From Spongospora subterranea f. sp. subterranea (lineage: Eukaryota), in assembly GCA_049724395.1 (NCBI GenBank), contig JAUGWO010000014.1:1-64000 (forward strand): a stretch of 64,000 nucleotides of DNA. The letters are read 5' to 3'. Positions 1 through 12,841 of this stretch are shown in pieces. The position numbers were made by a program, and so were the translations under genes. Within the stretch, counting starts at the first letter, position 1. Each line of letters starts with the position of its first letter. Below the pieces are notes generated by a model, which saw nothing but the letters and a program-made list of their open reading frames with translations, did no database searches and was not told where the DNA came from.

Positions 1-403
1 CAGACTTGGACAGTTCACCCGGCACGATGGACTGATCTGCCTGAGCAGCAGCCATTGTGTAAATAAATAACCCACAGTTGACAGAGTCCCTTTGAAGTGG
101 ACCATGGGCCATTGCGGTTTCCCAATCACGGTCAAGAAAAATGTCAAAAAGCCATGGTGGTATACACAACATATTGACCTCCTGTAACTTATCTTGAACC
201 CTTGCCGAACTAAATGGATCATAGATGAAAATCATCTCATCATTCAGGTAGATGAATATCAACATCCAGTGATCATCGAACTATATTGCCAACTCAGTAC
301 AGCTGTTTGTTGAAATGACGCGAAACACAAACAAAGATAGTACAGAGAATCAGTTTGATCGAAGTGTCGACCGAATGAGGAAACGGGATAGGGGAACTGT
401 CTC

Positions 404-565
404 GGCAGACATCACACGATAGGGCTAACGCCTTAGGGTGGGATGTTCGGAAATATGAGAACACCGCATCGATAGAAAATTATCGAGACGTTGGCCCTTC
501 CCGAACCTGAACATCAAATCGCCCGAGTTGAGGCCACGCCACAATTTCGTGGTATTGAGCGGCGA
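404..565. repeat. 162-bp dispersed repeat; near-identical inverted copy at 58421-58582
   Basis: The sequence is the reverse complement of 58421-58582; both ORF translations share SPLNTTKLWRGLNSGDLMFRFGKGQRLD. Confidence 0.85.
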
Positions 566-920
566 ATCCTCGACAATCCATGTCGCCATCAACTTGGTAA
601 GCCCTGGAACAATCTCTTGACCGGTCTTCGACGAGAGACGTAGTGTCCAATCATCGAGGGATTGCGTTATCAGAGACATCATGGTGTAATGGCGGCCTGT
701 GGACGATATTCATCGTTAGGCCCCGTGATGATCATCGACTTTGACGATTTCCGAAACATTTCGGAGCTCCTTGTAAGGACGAAAAGCGGCAATTGAATGG
801 ATGCGGTTAATGATGGACACTGTCCCTGCAATGAGCGCCACATTTGAGGAATACGATTTTGAAAACAGAACAATGCCCACATAGCCGTCAACGTCGATAC
901 GTTTGGCAAATAAAAAAATA

Positions 921-993
921 TGCCAACATCGCGGATCGAACGCGAGACCTTACGATCTTCAGTCGTACGCTCTCCCAACTGAGCTATGGCGGC
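921..993 (-). tRNA. tRNA-Phe(GAA)
   Basis: Minus strand reads GCCGCCATAGCTCAGTTGGGAGAGCGTACGACTGAAGATCGTAAGGTCTCGCGTTCGATCCGCGATGTTGGCA: A box, CTGAAGA anticodon loop, GTTCGATC T-loop and a downstream T7 terminator. One acceptor-stem mismatch. Confidence 0.92.
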
Positions 994-1006
994 AAGTTAC
1001 TGATTT

Positions 1007-4000
1007 TATTGACCGGTAGCGTATAGATTAGGGCGAAAAGCAAAGAAGCGTTTATATAGAAGTATAAGTAGCAATAAGGATCAAACGTACGCTAGGATCG
1101 TCTCTATCTGACACGCCCCTTCGATTCGAAGCTTACTACGACTTCGTCTCGATGTTTCTTGAACGAGTTTGGTCCTAGTGGTTTAGTCAAGATGTCTGCT
1201 GTCATCTTATCTGTACTGCAATATCGAAGTTCGATCGTCAGTTCTTTAACTTGTTCGCGAATAAAATGATATCGAATATCAATATGTTTTGTGCGTCGTT
1301 GTGTAACATTATTCTTTGCTAAGAAAATTGCGCTCTGATTATCTTGAAATATAATCACAGGTTGAGAGGTCTTCTCAATCATTTCTTGATATAAGTTCTT
1401 CAACCAAATAGCTTCCTTTGCTGCATCACAGCAGGCCATATATTCTGATTCAGTGGTTGATAGCGCCACAGATTTCTGCTTTGTTGATCGCCAAGATATG
1501 ATATCTTGTCCGAACATCAATAACCATCCAGTTGTAGACTTGCGATCATTAACGTCGTCAGCGAAGCTGCTGTCGGCATAACAGGCGATTGTCTCATCAG
1601 GCCTGCCAAACATTAGTCCATAATTTGCCGTTCCCTTCAGGTACTTGAATATCCGTTGGACGTATCTCCAGAGTTGTGTTGTTGGTTTCGACACGGATCG
1701 GCTCAGTTTGTTAACGATGTAGGCGATATCTGGTCGTGTCGCGTTCGCAATGAACATGAGTGCTCCTAAAGCTTCTCTAATTGGGTAGATGTTCGGCACG
1801 ATGTTTTCGTCTGTAATTTCGCAACCTGTCGCTGGTGTGGATTCTGGTTTGCAATTTACTTGTTTGAAGCGTCTTAGGAGTTGTAGGATATATGCACGTT
1901 GAGTTATGATTGAGTTGGCTTCTTGGTGTAGGATCTCGATCCCTAAGAACGTTTTTACTTCTCCGAGATCTTTCATTCGGTACGTTGAATGTAAAATCTG
2001 ATCGATCTCTGCGATCTTCACTTTGTCATTTCCAGTTATCAGTAAATCATCAACGTAAATTCCAATAATGATGACCAATTGTCCTGATGTACGATACCAT
2101 ATGCAAGGCTCGTAACCAGATTGTTGTAAATTGGTGTCTTTCAGTGTCTTAAACAGGGTTGTTTGCCATGCACGGCCTGCTTGTTTAAGTCCATATAGGG
2201 CTTTGTTTAGAAAGCAAACTTTGTTCTCCGCCCCTGGCTGAACGAAGCCCTCTGGCTGGGTCATGTAAATGGGTTCCAGCAGTTGTGCGTTTAAATATGC
2301 GGTTCGAAAGTCCCTGTGTGATAGTGGCCAATTGCGTTTCGTTGCAAGGCTCACGATGAAGCGCAGAGATGTGTAAGTTAAGACGGATGAGAAAGTGTCT
2401 GTATAATCAAGGCCATACCGTTGGGTAAAGCCCCTGGCAACGAATCTCGCCTTGAATGTTGGATGACCGTTGTCCATCTTTTTGGTAAATACCCATTTGC
2501 CTCGTATTGGCCTGTGTCCTTCGGGAATAGAGTCAACTAGTGTCCATGTACCGTTTTCTGAGTGTGCCTTCATCTCTGTAGCAGCGGCTCGCATCCAAAA
2601 TGCTGAATCGGGGCTTTGCAACGCGTCTTTAAAGGTATTGGGAACCTCCGATTGTGTTGTGTGGTAGTTGCTGTACTGATCGTGACTGAGCGCCAATGGA
2701 TCCTGATCGTCAATGGGTTCAGGTGGGCGTTGTCGCGGGAAAGATGATTCGTCAAACGTCATGTCGCGTCGAACAAGCACTTGTTTATCGTTATCGCGCA
2801 TGAAGATGTACCCTTTGGAGTATTGGGAATATCCAAGAAAAATACCTGGTTCCGCAGTGGGATCGAGAGAGGTTCTTAATGATGAATTGATATGAGAGTA
2901 TGCGACGCATCCGAAGGTTCGCATATGTCGTACATCCGGTTTGATGTCGCACCATAGTTCATGAGGTGTCCTCCATTGAATCGATTTCGTCGGTAATCGG
3001 TTCTGTGTATAAACGGCATAGCGCACGGCGAATATCCAGAATTCTGGTGGGAGACCGGCATCAATAAGAATCGTTCTCGCCATGTTCATTATCGTCAGGT
3101 TTCGACGTTCTGCTGTTCCGTTTTGTTGAGGGCTGTACGGTACAGTACGCTGGTGTTTAATTCCTTTTATCAGAAGGAAATCACTCACTGTCTTGTTGAC
3201 ATATTCTCCGCCGTTGTCTGTTAATAGTATGCTCAGGCGTTCTTTGGTTTCTGCCTTTCCATCAGCTAGGAATCGTTCAATACTTTCCTTGACTTCTTCG
3301 GGCGATTTGGTTTTTAAAAATGTTACCCAGCACCATTTCGAATAAAGGCAGTTGAATGTGATATAATACTGATATCCTTGACTCGTTGTTAGTAAGGGTC
3401 CTTTGAGATCAGAGCTTACTATTTCGAATTTTCTTGTCGATTTTGTTGTCCGTTCGGATGGAAATGGCTGGCGTCGGGCTTGGCCTAAAGCGCAACCACT
3501 ACATCGCGGTCGTTCGTCGATCATTATATCTATGCCATCGCAGTGTTCTGGTATTTTTCTTAATCTCTCGTCGCAGGCATGACCAAACCTTTGGTGCGCA
3601 TTGTGTAGGTTGATTTTTGCTCGTGATGTTGTTGAGTGTGCTTCATGTTCTCTGATTGGTTTCAAGTGGTAGAGGCCATTCTGATTGTAGGCAGTCAGTA
3701 CTATTTTACCACTTTCGTTTAGGACATGGAGATCCTTTTTGATGCTAATCTGATACCCTTGGGTAGTCAAAGAGTTTGTAGCGAGCAAGGTCTTCGTAAT
3801 ATTTGGAACATGAAGAACGTCCGGTATTGATATTGGTGGGGATTCTTGATAACGTCAGGGTCCCTTTTCCTATCGCTTGCAGGGTTCCACCATTACTAGC
3901 AGTAACTGGTGATGGCCTCTTCAAAGTTTGATATTTTGTGAGAAGATGTTTGTCCTGAGTCATGCTCACGTTTGCACCGCTATCAACGATCATGGCATTC

Positions 4001-5137
4001 TTTGACTTCTCCCATTTTCCTTGCTTTGATATGGTATGGAAACCATTAAACTCTTCTTCCTCTATCTCTTCTTGTTCTTGTTGGTTATGATTTGTATATC
4101 CCTTCCTTTGGTGTTTTCGTAATTCTGGGTGAGCAAACCAACACTGATCGATTTCGTGGTTTGTTTTCTTACATTTTGCGCATGGTTTGTTTTTCTTTGA
4201 GTTGTTCTTCCATCTTTTTGCCTCGGTGTTCAGAGATTTTATGTCTGGATCTTGATTTCTCGGCTGTTTGGTATCATTCATCGATGATACGCCGTCTTGC
4301 TCACTAGACAATAATAAGTTTGTCAGCCTGGGAATCGTTGTCACTTGGGCTGCTCTGGCGGCTGCCTTGATCTGCCGGTATGATTCCGGTAATCCGTCCA
4401 GGGTTTTTACACACACCGCTAGTTCGCTTAGTTCGATGTTGTATACTCGCAAATCATGGTGCAGCTCCACTATCTTGTCCAGGTAGTTCTTCATTGTTTG
4501 GGTAGGTTTCTTGGTACTATGAATAAACTGTAGGAACAGTTCTGATGCTTTTGCTTCAGCAGATGTTTCGTAGATTTCGTTTAATCGACTCCAGATTTGT
4601 CGTGTAGTTGTACATGTTGAGACCTGCTTGTACTGGGCTTGTGTCAGTCTAAGGCTGATTTGAGCTGTTGCCAGTCTATCGTTTCTTATTTCCCAACTTC
4701 TGGTTTGTATCGGGTCGTGTAGTAGGTACGTGTCTAGACCCATTATTACGAATTGGGTTTCTAGTTTTCGTTTGAATTCTTCCCAGTTCTTGCCATCGAA
4801 TTCTGGTATGAGTTTTAGTCCGGCGTTATATTTTGACAATTCGACTTCTTTGTTTAGCCAATGTTGGCTTGATATATTTTCGACTTGTTGTTGTCTGGTT
4901 TCGCGTCGATCTGGGTTTGTGACTTGATCAGAGTCGTCGACGGGGTTTGCGCTTCGTGTTTCGACCATTTGTATTTGTGCTTGGCAGGATTTTTAGCAGG
5001 GTGTGGGACTCTTAATCTATTGACCGGTAGCGTATAGATTAGGGCGAAAAGCAAAGAAGCGTTTATATAGAAGTAAAATAAAACCGTACGAGTAGCAATA
5101 ACGATCAACAGTACGCTATGATCGTCTCTATCTGACA
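1007..5137 (-). mobile_element. Full-length Ty1/copia LTR retrotransposon, copy 1 (4131 bp)
   Basis: LTRs at 5018-5137 (120 bp) and 1007-1113 (107 bp); 5-bp TSD (GATTT on +) at 1002-1006 and 5138-5142; PBS about 5003-5017; PPT GAAGGGGCG; domain order gag-PR-IN-RT-RH. Confidence 0.97.
1104..4968 (-). CDS. copia gag-pol polyprotein, split by a 1-nt insertion near 3843
   Basis: Zn knuckle CAKCKKTNHEIDQC, protease DSGA, integrase HQRFGH...CSGC with TDNGGEY and NGTAER, RT YVDD, RNase H YADSSFA and ADILTK. Confidence 0.95.
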
Positions 5138-5818
5138 GATTTCTCATAAGCGTGTCACGCTTTTGTCGTAATCAATGATCATGTTCTGGCCGTTGCCATT
5201 TTGGAATCAGGTAAATAGTACCATCCTACAGGAAAAAAATTCGTTTCCACAGCAAATGAGTCTTTGGAAAACCCCAAGTAAACGACGCTTGACTCTATCT
5301 GAAAAAGCAAGAGATATAATGGCGAAGTACTCATTTTCCAGCAGTTTTAAATGGCGAAGTTGACGCGCTCAATAGGGCAGCATGGAGTAAATGAATCGAC
5401 GTAGCGATGCGGAGAATGTGGTGAAAGTTTTCTCATTAAAGTTTCTGTACTCTTGTATGTTGTTCAGTTCGAAATTTGTTTTGGCAAATGTGTGTTGTTC
5501 CCCGTAGTGTAGTGCAGACAACTGAGATGGCTTTCATTGCGGTCATCATTCATACTTGGATGCTTCAATCGTTACGCCAAAAGCGGAAATGGGAGTTAGG
5601 TGTTATGTCAGATATGCAGGCTTTACACATATGTCGCTAAGAATTCACTCAGCTGAATCGTTATTGCATGAACCGATCGAGCTGCAAAGCTGTGGCGTGG
5701 TCAGGATTGATGCAGAATGGTGTTTGTAGCTGATGAATGACCCAAAAAAACGCGAAAGTTTTTGCATGAGAAATCGCATCGGAATTATATTCTTTTTAGT
5801 TGTTTTCATGCAGCCTCA

Positions 5819-6951
5819 GAGCGCGTTTGGATGCCACTCAAAACCCGGGTTTTGTCCGTGGAAACCCGGTTTTTGAGTAAACCCGGTTATTTTTTCAAAA
5901 TGGCTTGTTTGGTTGCCTTTTTTTGTGGTTTTGAAAACCCGGATTTTCACTTCAAAACCCGGGTTTTCGAAAACCTATTCGGAGTAGGTTATTGCGTGGG
6001 TTATTTGCTCGCATCCTCTCTGAACCACTCTATGACTATATATCCCATGCCAGGCGCCAAACAAGCTATTCGTGGTTCTCGGGCAGCCTGGGATTTGGAC
6101 AAGGATGCGGTCCTAATCAGTTTAATGCTGGAACAAGCGCGGAATGGGAAACGCGCAGATTCAGGGTTCAAGAAGGAGGCCTGGACGGCAGTTCTGGTTT
6201 CATTCAGATAAAGAATCGGGTTAAATTGGTAATAGCGAAATACTTTGCAAGAAACATTGGCACAGCGATATTTGACCAGCGTTTGTTGTATCAGCTGAAG
6301 AAACAATATTGTTTGTTTCGTCGCCTCAAAGACAACTCCGGTTTTGGTTGGGATGACGACAAGAAAATTCCAACGGCCAGCGATGAAGTCTGGGATGAAT
6401 ACTTGGAGGTCAGGGTGATGGGCATCAACTACTACTGTCCTTAAATCTGTTCTTAGGCTCACCCTAACGCTGCTCTATATCGGTTTACGACTTTGCCGCT
6501 TTTTGAAGAACTCAACGCCCTTTTCGACCAAAGTTGGAAAATAGACACCTGCTCGTCGATATCCATGTTACGTGTGGGCTGTAACAAACCCACACGTACA
6601 ATTTCATGGTTAAGCTTTGCAAAAATATGTGCTGCCATACGGAGTGTCTCATATATACGTCGCGGATGACCAGATGTGAGTTCTTGAACCCAAGCTGCTC
6701 CTCGCAGCGTCGACGTTCTGCAAGGGGATTTCAGGCAGTATGTTTCAGCATACCAATCGGCAACGATGGCGGCAATTTGCCAATTCCGATGATCTACTTC
6801 GAATTCGTCATCTTCCTCTGAAGAGCTCATGTCTTGTTTGGAAGACATAAGCCCGCGCAAACCGGTTTTCGAAAATCCCGGGTTTGCGGGTACCCCAACC
6901 CGGGTTTACATAAAACCGGGTTTATAAAACCCACGGTATCCAAACGCGCTC
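5819..6951 (+). mobile_element. Non-autonomous PIF/Harbinger deletion derivative, copy A
   Basis: TIRs GAGCGCGTTTGGAT / ATCCAAACGCGCTC; TCA/TTA flanks; subterminal AAACCCGGGTTT palindromes; Myb/SANT-like ORF (GFKKEAW...NSGFGWDD) converging on a transposase N-terminus (CRTSTLRGAAWVQEL...LRM) with no DDE core. Confidence 0.85.
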
Positions 6952-7330
6952 TTAGGTGTAATAACTTTGGGAAAGAGTCCAACATGACCTGCCTCCGGAG
7001 CGATACTGATAACATGGTGATGATCGATACGGGTATGATTGTGAGATATCCAGCAGCGCCGATGTTTCATGTCCTTGACGTAACCCGCTGAAGGGAACAC
7101 CAGCAGAATGTTTACAGGACCTTGACCCTGTTTCAAACTAAATGAACAGCATAATAATTTAAACTTGCTTGAACCTGGTCGACGTTTCAAAACACAGAAT
7201 CCGACCCAATGAATGTTCTTGATATCTACAATAATTTTGACCGTATTGATACAATCACGTTGTTCATCATCAAAGCTCCACTGATACCGTCAAGCGGAGA
7301 ATAAAATTTCGCTGGGTTTGCCAAATAGGC

Positions 7331-8493
7331 CAGCGCGTTTGGATACCGTGGGTTTTATAAACCCGGGTTGGGGTACCCGCAAACCCGGGATTTTCGAAAA
7401 CCGGTTTGCGCGGGCTTATGTCTTCCAAACAAGACATGAGCTCTTCAGAGGAAGATGACGAATTCGAAGTAGATCATCGGAATTGGCAAATTGCCGCCAT
7501 CGTTGCCGATTGGTATGCTGAAACATACTGCCTGAAATCCCCTTGCAGAACGTCGACGCTGCGAGGAGCAGCTTGGGTTCAAGAACTCACATCTGGTCAT
7601 CCGCGACGTATATATGAGACACTCCGTATGGCAGCACATATTTTTGCAAAGCTTAACCATGAAATTGTACGTGTGGGTTGTTAGCAGCCCACACGTAACA
7701 TGGATATCGACGAGCAGGTGTCTATTTTCCAACTTTGGTCGAAAAGGGCGTTGAGTTCTTCAAAAAGCGGCAAAGTCGTAAACCGATATAGAGCAGCGTT
7801 AGGGTGAGCCTAAGAACAGATTTGAGGACAGTAGTAGTTGATGCCCATCACCCTGACCTCCAAGTATTCATCCCAGACTTCATCGCTGGCCGTTGGAATT
7901 TTCTTGTCGTCATCCCAACCAAAACCGGAGTTGTCTTTGAGGCGACGAAACAAACAATATTGTTTCTTCAGCTGATACAACAAACGCTGGTCAAATATCG
8001 CTGTGCCAATGTTTCTTGCAAAGTATTTCGCTATTACCAATTTAACCCGATTCTTTATCTGATCCAGTGTATAGTACAAATCGAATTGACTATTCAATGA
8101 AACCAGAACTGCCGTCCAGGCCTCCTTCTTGAACCCTGAATCTGCGCGTTTCCCATTCCGCGCTTGTTCCAGCATTAAACTGATTAGGACCGCATCCTTG
8201 TCCAAATCCCAGGCTGCCCGAGACCTGTTCGGTCAACCACGAATAGCTTGTTTGGCGCCTGGCATGGGATATATAGTCATAGAGTGGTTCAGAGAGGATG
8301 CGAGCAAATAACCCACGCAATAACCTACTCCGAATAGGTTTTCGAAAACCCGGGTTTTGAAGTGAAAATCCGGGTTTTCAAAACCACAAAAAAAGGCAAC
8401 CAAACAAGCCATTTTGAAAAAATAACCGGGTTTACTCAAAAACCGGGTTTCCACGGACAAAACCCGGGTTTTGAGTGGCATCCAAACGCGCTC
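7331..8493 (-). mobile_element. Non-autonomous PIF/Harbinger deletion derivative, copy B (inverted relative to A)
   Basis: Near-identical reverse complement of 5819-6951 with small indels; Myb-like ORF 7810-8205 (-) and transposase fragment from about 7436 (+). Confidence 0.85.
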
Positions 8494-8578
8494 TAAACAC
8501 AACACCAGCGACCCACCGGTAGTTTCCTGCCGAGAGCGGCTGCTCGATTCGGTCTTTGGCTCTGGAACTGAACCTGCA

Positions 8579-8831
8579 CATGTAATCCCATGAAGCGTTG
8601 ATCATGTAATCCCATGAAGCGTTGACCATGTAACCCATGAAACATTGACCATGTAACCCATGAAACGTTAAGCATGTAATCCCATGAAACGTTGAACATG
8701 TAATCCCATGAAACGTTGAACATGTAATCCCATGAAACGTTGAACATGTAATCCCATGAAACGTTGAACATGTAATCGTCCATGAAACGTTGAACATGTA
8801 ATCCCCATGAAACGTTGACCATGTAATCCAT
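8579..8831. repeat. About 24-bp minisatellite CATGTAATCCCATGAAACGTTGAA, roughly 10 copies
   Basis: Direct tandem units with small variants are visible. Confidence 0.9.
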
Positions 8832-8992
8832 AAAATGCTGTACAGTACTATAAACGTTGCGCACGCTAGCACCAAACTCGTCGATTGCGCGACCTGTATC
8901 TATTTGGCGACTCGTGACCTCTGTTGCTATTGCGCGACTCTCTACTTGACGGGTAGCGGATAGACATTATTGTAGATCCCATTCTGGTTTAC

Positions 8993-9642
8993 ATGTCGGA
9001 CCCATCTCGAGACGAGCTTCTACCGAAGCTTGTCGCGTTCGATCTGGATGGGACCTTATGGTATCCAGAAATGTATATGTTGTACGTATTTACACGGGTG
9101 ACCGTCTCCGGAATGTATAATCGCGTTTTAGATGGGGAGGCGGTGGCGCGCCGTTCACTCAACATCGTTCTGGTAACTTGGTTGATCGCAAGGGCCAGAA
9201 GGTATACCTGTTAGGGGATACTCGCGATATATTGTCTGAGATTCATGCTGATCCATGCTGGTCATCCGTCAAATTGGCCATTTCTTCAAAGACCGACGAA
9301 CCATCGTGGGCAGAAATGTGCCTACAGCAAATAGCCATCAAGAAAGGAGTCTTCCTCAAGTCCTTATTTCACTATGAGCAAATCTCGCAGGTTTCGAAGG
9401 TGAATATTTTTTACTGTCGTCACTACCTTCCAAATCAATTTGTTGCTCAGGATCGACATTTCAGAGAACTGCAGAGCCAAACCGGGTTTTCATTCAAAGA
9501 TATGATTTTCTTTGATAATCAGCAGGATAATTGCCAAACCGTATCTAAACTTGGCGTACATTGCGTCTACACTCCTGATGGGTTAACACGTTCTTTATGG
9601 GACGACGGAATATCATCATGGAGGGATTGTTACCATCAATAG
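8993..9642 (+). CDS. MDP1: Magnesium-dependent phosphatase 1 (HAD family), two short introns
   Basis: LPKLVAFDLDGTLWYPEMY, AISSKTDEPSWA and DMIFFDN motifs; GT..AG introns about 9082-9131 and 9400-9450. Confidence 0.85.
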
Positions 9643-10033
9643 ATCGCATGTGCTTTAAATTGATTCACTACATGCAGAAAATAGGCGCGTTGGTCTTGGT
9701 ATGACCAAGCAGATGGTTCATTTACCGCTGCTTGCCTGGTACGGGAACAAGATGTTTATGTTGGTCTATAAATCTTCTAATCTGAGTTATCTGCCTTACA
9801 TTGTGTCGGTGCACATTTTTTGGGCAATTCTACCAATCGTGTTTAGACGTTGTTTATTCTCCGAACGTCAATACGGGTTGCCAGTATTCCGTGTTCGCTG
9901 CTGTTGATTTGCTGCAGCGTCACTTTTTAACATGTACTCTTGTATCTCATATTGACTCATGATGTTGACAGAAATCATTCGACTAGCGCTAATCAATCGG
10001 TCTGAGTCATTTTTTCTTTATTGATCTAGTGCA

Positions 10034-10686
10034 ATGCAGAAACGACATAGGTGGCATTACATCGTGTTGGCCATTGCTGTCATCATCGATATATGCGATG
10101 GGCATAGCAAAGGGGCTGGGACTTGTTTCGCCAGATATGAAGACGTCGCTCAGATGTCCCGCCCTGTGGAGGCTCAGCTCCAGTCTCCTTATGGCTTCGC
10201 GTTGCCAACCAACCAGATCGATCCTAACGTCATCATCCCAATACAGGTCGTTGGTCCCGATCCCATCAAAGGATTTCTGATCTACGCTGAGCCATTCGAC
10301 GTTCACGATGACATACGAGTGGGCACATTTATGCTGCCCCCGTTCAGGCGCGGCAAGGGTAATCTTATTCGCCCATAATATTCAGCAATATTGAATCGTT
10401 CGCCATAGGAATCGGACAGCACCATTTCCTAGAAGCTTGTCGTGATGGACAGCACACGATCACGCACACCAATGCCAATCCGAAACTCGCAACGGATATG
10501 GTGTTCAACTGGCTATCGCCAAGCGATTTCGTTGGCGCTGTCGTGTTCAAGGCCGCGGTCCTGATAACGCATACCGAATGGTATATCATCGAATCGGAAC
10601 CGCTGGAAATCGGTCAGGCTATCAACATGGTGCCCGGGGCTGCATATCCGCAACCTGAACAGGAATTCCAACAATGGGTGTCGTGA
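10034..10686 (+). CDS. Secreted Reeler-domain protein, one intron
   Basis: Signal peptide then HSKGAGTC, KGFLIYA, VGTF, TITHTN and FNWLSPSDFVGAVVFKAAV, as in Reeler domains. Confidence 0.75.
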
Positions 10687-11014
10687 TCTCATCAGTGTTT
10701 GAATTTCGTATCATATCTATACTCAATTATTTATTCTAAAAGTATCGGTTCAACATTAATCCTTTCGGGTAGCGCCTTAGACCGGTTGGTCTGTCGGGAC
10801 TAATTCGACGTCATTCTGTCGTAGTTCTGGCCGCAGTTATCGGTTAAGATTGACTTGATGCGGAACCATCTTTAGGAAAGAGCATTAGTCACGGGTTGTA
10901 TCAATGCCATTTCGATGAGTCACGAGTAGTAATGGTGATGGAGCCGGTCTTGGGATCGGAACGGAGGTCAAAACCACAAAATCTTCAGGCTGCTGACGTA
11001 TATCATTTCTGTCG

Positions 11015-12379
11015 ATGTCGCAGGCAATGATGGTCGTGATCACGATCGTATTCATTGCCGTTCCCCATTGCCACGCCATTCTTCACGGCAATGACGATGA
11101 TATCGAGGAATGGAACCCCCCATCGCATGGCGCGACTGGGAATCCGCCGCCGACCCCGGTGTCGCCACAGAGTACGACCGGCAGAACGAATACCGCGTCG
11201 TCAGTACCGAGCGTGGCGTCACCCTTGAGAACGGGCAGCAGTAGCTCGGGATTACCTACACCAACGACCAAGTCCACCAACTCAGCTCCATCCACAGCGA
11301 ATACCTATCATCCAACAGCCCCGGCAACGACCAACGGCAACACCATGGTAGCGAGACCACAAACGACCACGACACCGAGTTCAACCAGCAATGGTAAGCC
11401 GCAAACGACCGCAACACCGAGTTCAACCAGCAATGGTAAGCCGCAAACGACCACGACACCGAGTTCAACCAGCAATGGTAAGCCGCAAACGACCACGACA
11501 CCGAGTTCAACCAGCAATGGTAAGCCGCAAACGACCACGACACCGAGTTCAACCAGCAATGGTAAGCCGCAAACGACCACGACACCGAGTTCAACCAGCA
11601 ATGGTAAGCCGCAAACGACCACGACACCGAGCTCAACCAGCAATGGTAAGCCTCCCGCTACGGCGCCAGGACCGAAGGCAACGCCAACGAGCTCAAGCAC
11701 CAATGCGTCAACCCCCACAACTGGCACCTATACACCGCAAACTTCTGGTTCACCAGGTAGTCCAAGCACCTGGACGACGACATCGAATTCGAAAACCGGC
11801 CAGTCCGGGTCATCTTCAACATCGGCGACATCCGTCGGCCAGGCAAGGAATAGGACGACGACCACGACAACGGTATCGCATGCGACGCCTAGACAAGTCG
11901 CCCGGCCAACTTCGCCAACTCCATCAAGAGCAAGCTCGCCTAGTTTGTATGGTGCACCGTCAACAACAAGCAGTATGTATGGGGCGATATCCACGATCAA
12001 GCGCCCAGTTTCGAAATCAACGCTGTACGCGCCCACCACCACATCCAGGCAAGTTCCCCCAGCTTCAAGCCTATATTCGGTGACAAAGAGGCCCTCGGCG
12101 CCAGTGTATTCGCCGGTCGTACGCAAGCCAGGACAGGTCTACAGTCCTGTCAAGGCGCATTCGCCACCGTCGCCACAGCTCTACAGTCCTGTCAAGGCAC
12201 CGTCGCCACAGGCACCGTCGTCACAGGTCTACAGCCCTGTCAAGGCACCGTCGCCATCCAAGAAATCAACTCCAGCGCCATCGCCCGCAACCTACTCAAA
12301 GCAAGAAATGAAAAGCTCATCAGGCAAGGCGAAACTGGGAGCGGTTATCGCCATTCTGGTTGTGGCCCTTACGTTTTGA
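11015..12379 (+). CDS. Secreted Ser/Thr/Pro-rich mucin/extensin-like surface protein, probable GPI anchor
   Basis: 454-aa ORF with signal peptide, 14-aa repeats (PQTTTTPSSTSNGK), YSPVKAPSP motifs and a hydrophobic extreme C-terminus. Confidence 0.8.
   Translation: MSQAMMVVITIVFIAVPHCHAILHGNDDDIEEWNPPSHGATGNPPPTPVSPQSTTGRTNTASSVPSVASPLRTGSSSSGLPTPTTKSTNSAPSTANTYHPTAPATTNGNTMVARPQTTTTPSSTSNGKPQTTATPSSTSNGKPQTTTTPSSTSNGKPQTTTTPSSTSNGKPQTTTTPSSTSNGKPQTTTTPSSTSNGKPQTTTTPSSTSNGKPPATAPGPKATPTSSSTNASTPTTGTYTPQTSGSPGSPSTWTTTSNSKTGQSGSSSTSATSVGQARNRTTTTTTVSHATPRQVARPTSPTPSRASSPSLYGAPSTTSSMYGAISTIKRPVSKSTLYAPTTTSRQVPPASSLYSVTKRPSAPVYSPVVRKPGQVYSPVKAHSPPSPQLYSPVKAPSPQAPSSQVYSPVKAPSPSKKSTPAPSPATYSKQEMKSSSGKAKLGAVIAILVVALTF
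11357..11650 (+). repeat. 42-bp coding tandem repeat, about 7 copies
   Basis: CCGCAAACGACCACGACACCGAGTTCAACCAGCAATGGTAAG units. Confidence 0.9.
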
Positions 12380-12841
12380 AACAACTCAACTAAAAACTCT
12401 TGTTATATTTTTCATCGTAAACGTTGTATCTCCCTTTTGTCTGCGCCGTTCCGGTATCTGCGCTTGGCTGAACACGTTATGGTGGGAGTTTTCCCAGGTG
12501 GTTGGCAAGTTTGCTGATGGTGGCCATCAGCCACTTCATTGTGCACAACCTATATTTTCTGGCGGCTGGGAGCGTCTCAAAGTTTAAAGCAAAATTGCTC
12601 ATACGATATAAACGTATCTCGTAAGATGTATCCAGATTAGGTTGCTGCTTTGGTGCTCATCGCAACGCTGCGGGTTTCATTTTGGGACACAGCAAAGTGA
12701 GACCATTTCACGACAAATTGGGGAGAAATCTGAAACAATTTGAATGACGTTTTTCTACCTATCTGTGCTTGAATTGCATTCACGAGTATTTGCCAACACC
12801 GATTGGCCATTCCAGTCCACCAGATTCTTTGTTTCGTTTAG

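Noticed and set aside
3745..3850. Programmed gag-pol frameshift in copy 1
   Set aside because: Copy 2 and the relative at 56.4 kb read through in frame here; copy 1 simply has an extra A.
8579..8831. CRISPR array or repeat-protein ORFs (MFNVSWDY / ITCSTFHG)
   Set aside because: Head-to-tail 24-bp units without spacers; the ORFs are by-products of a unit length divisible by three.
11083..12126. Overlapping antisense and alternate-frame repeat ORFs
   Set aside because: They are shadows of the 42-bp coding repeat in the mucin-like gene.
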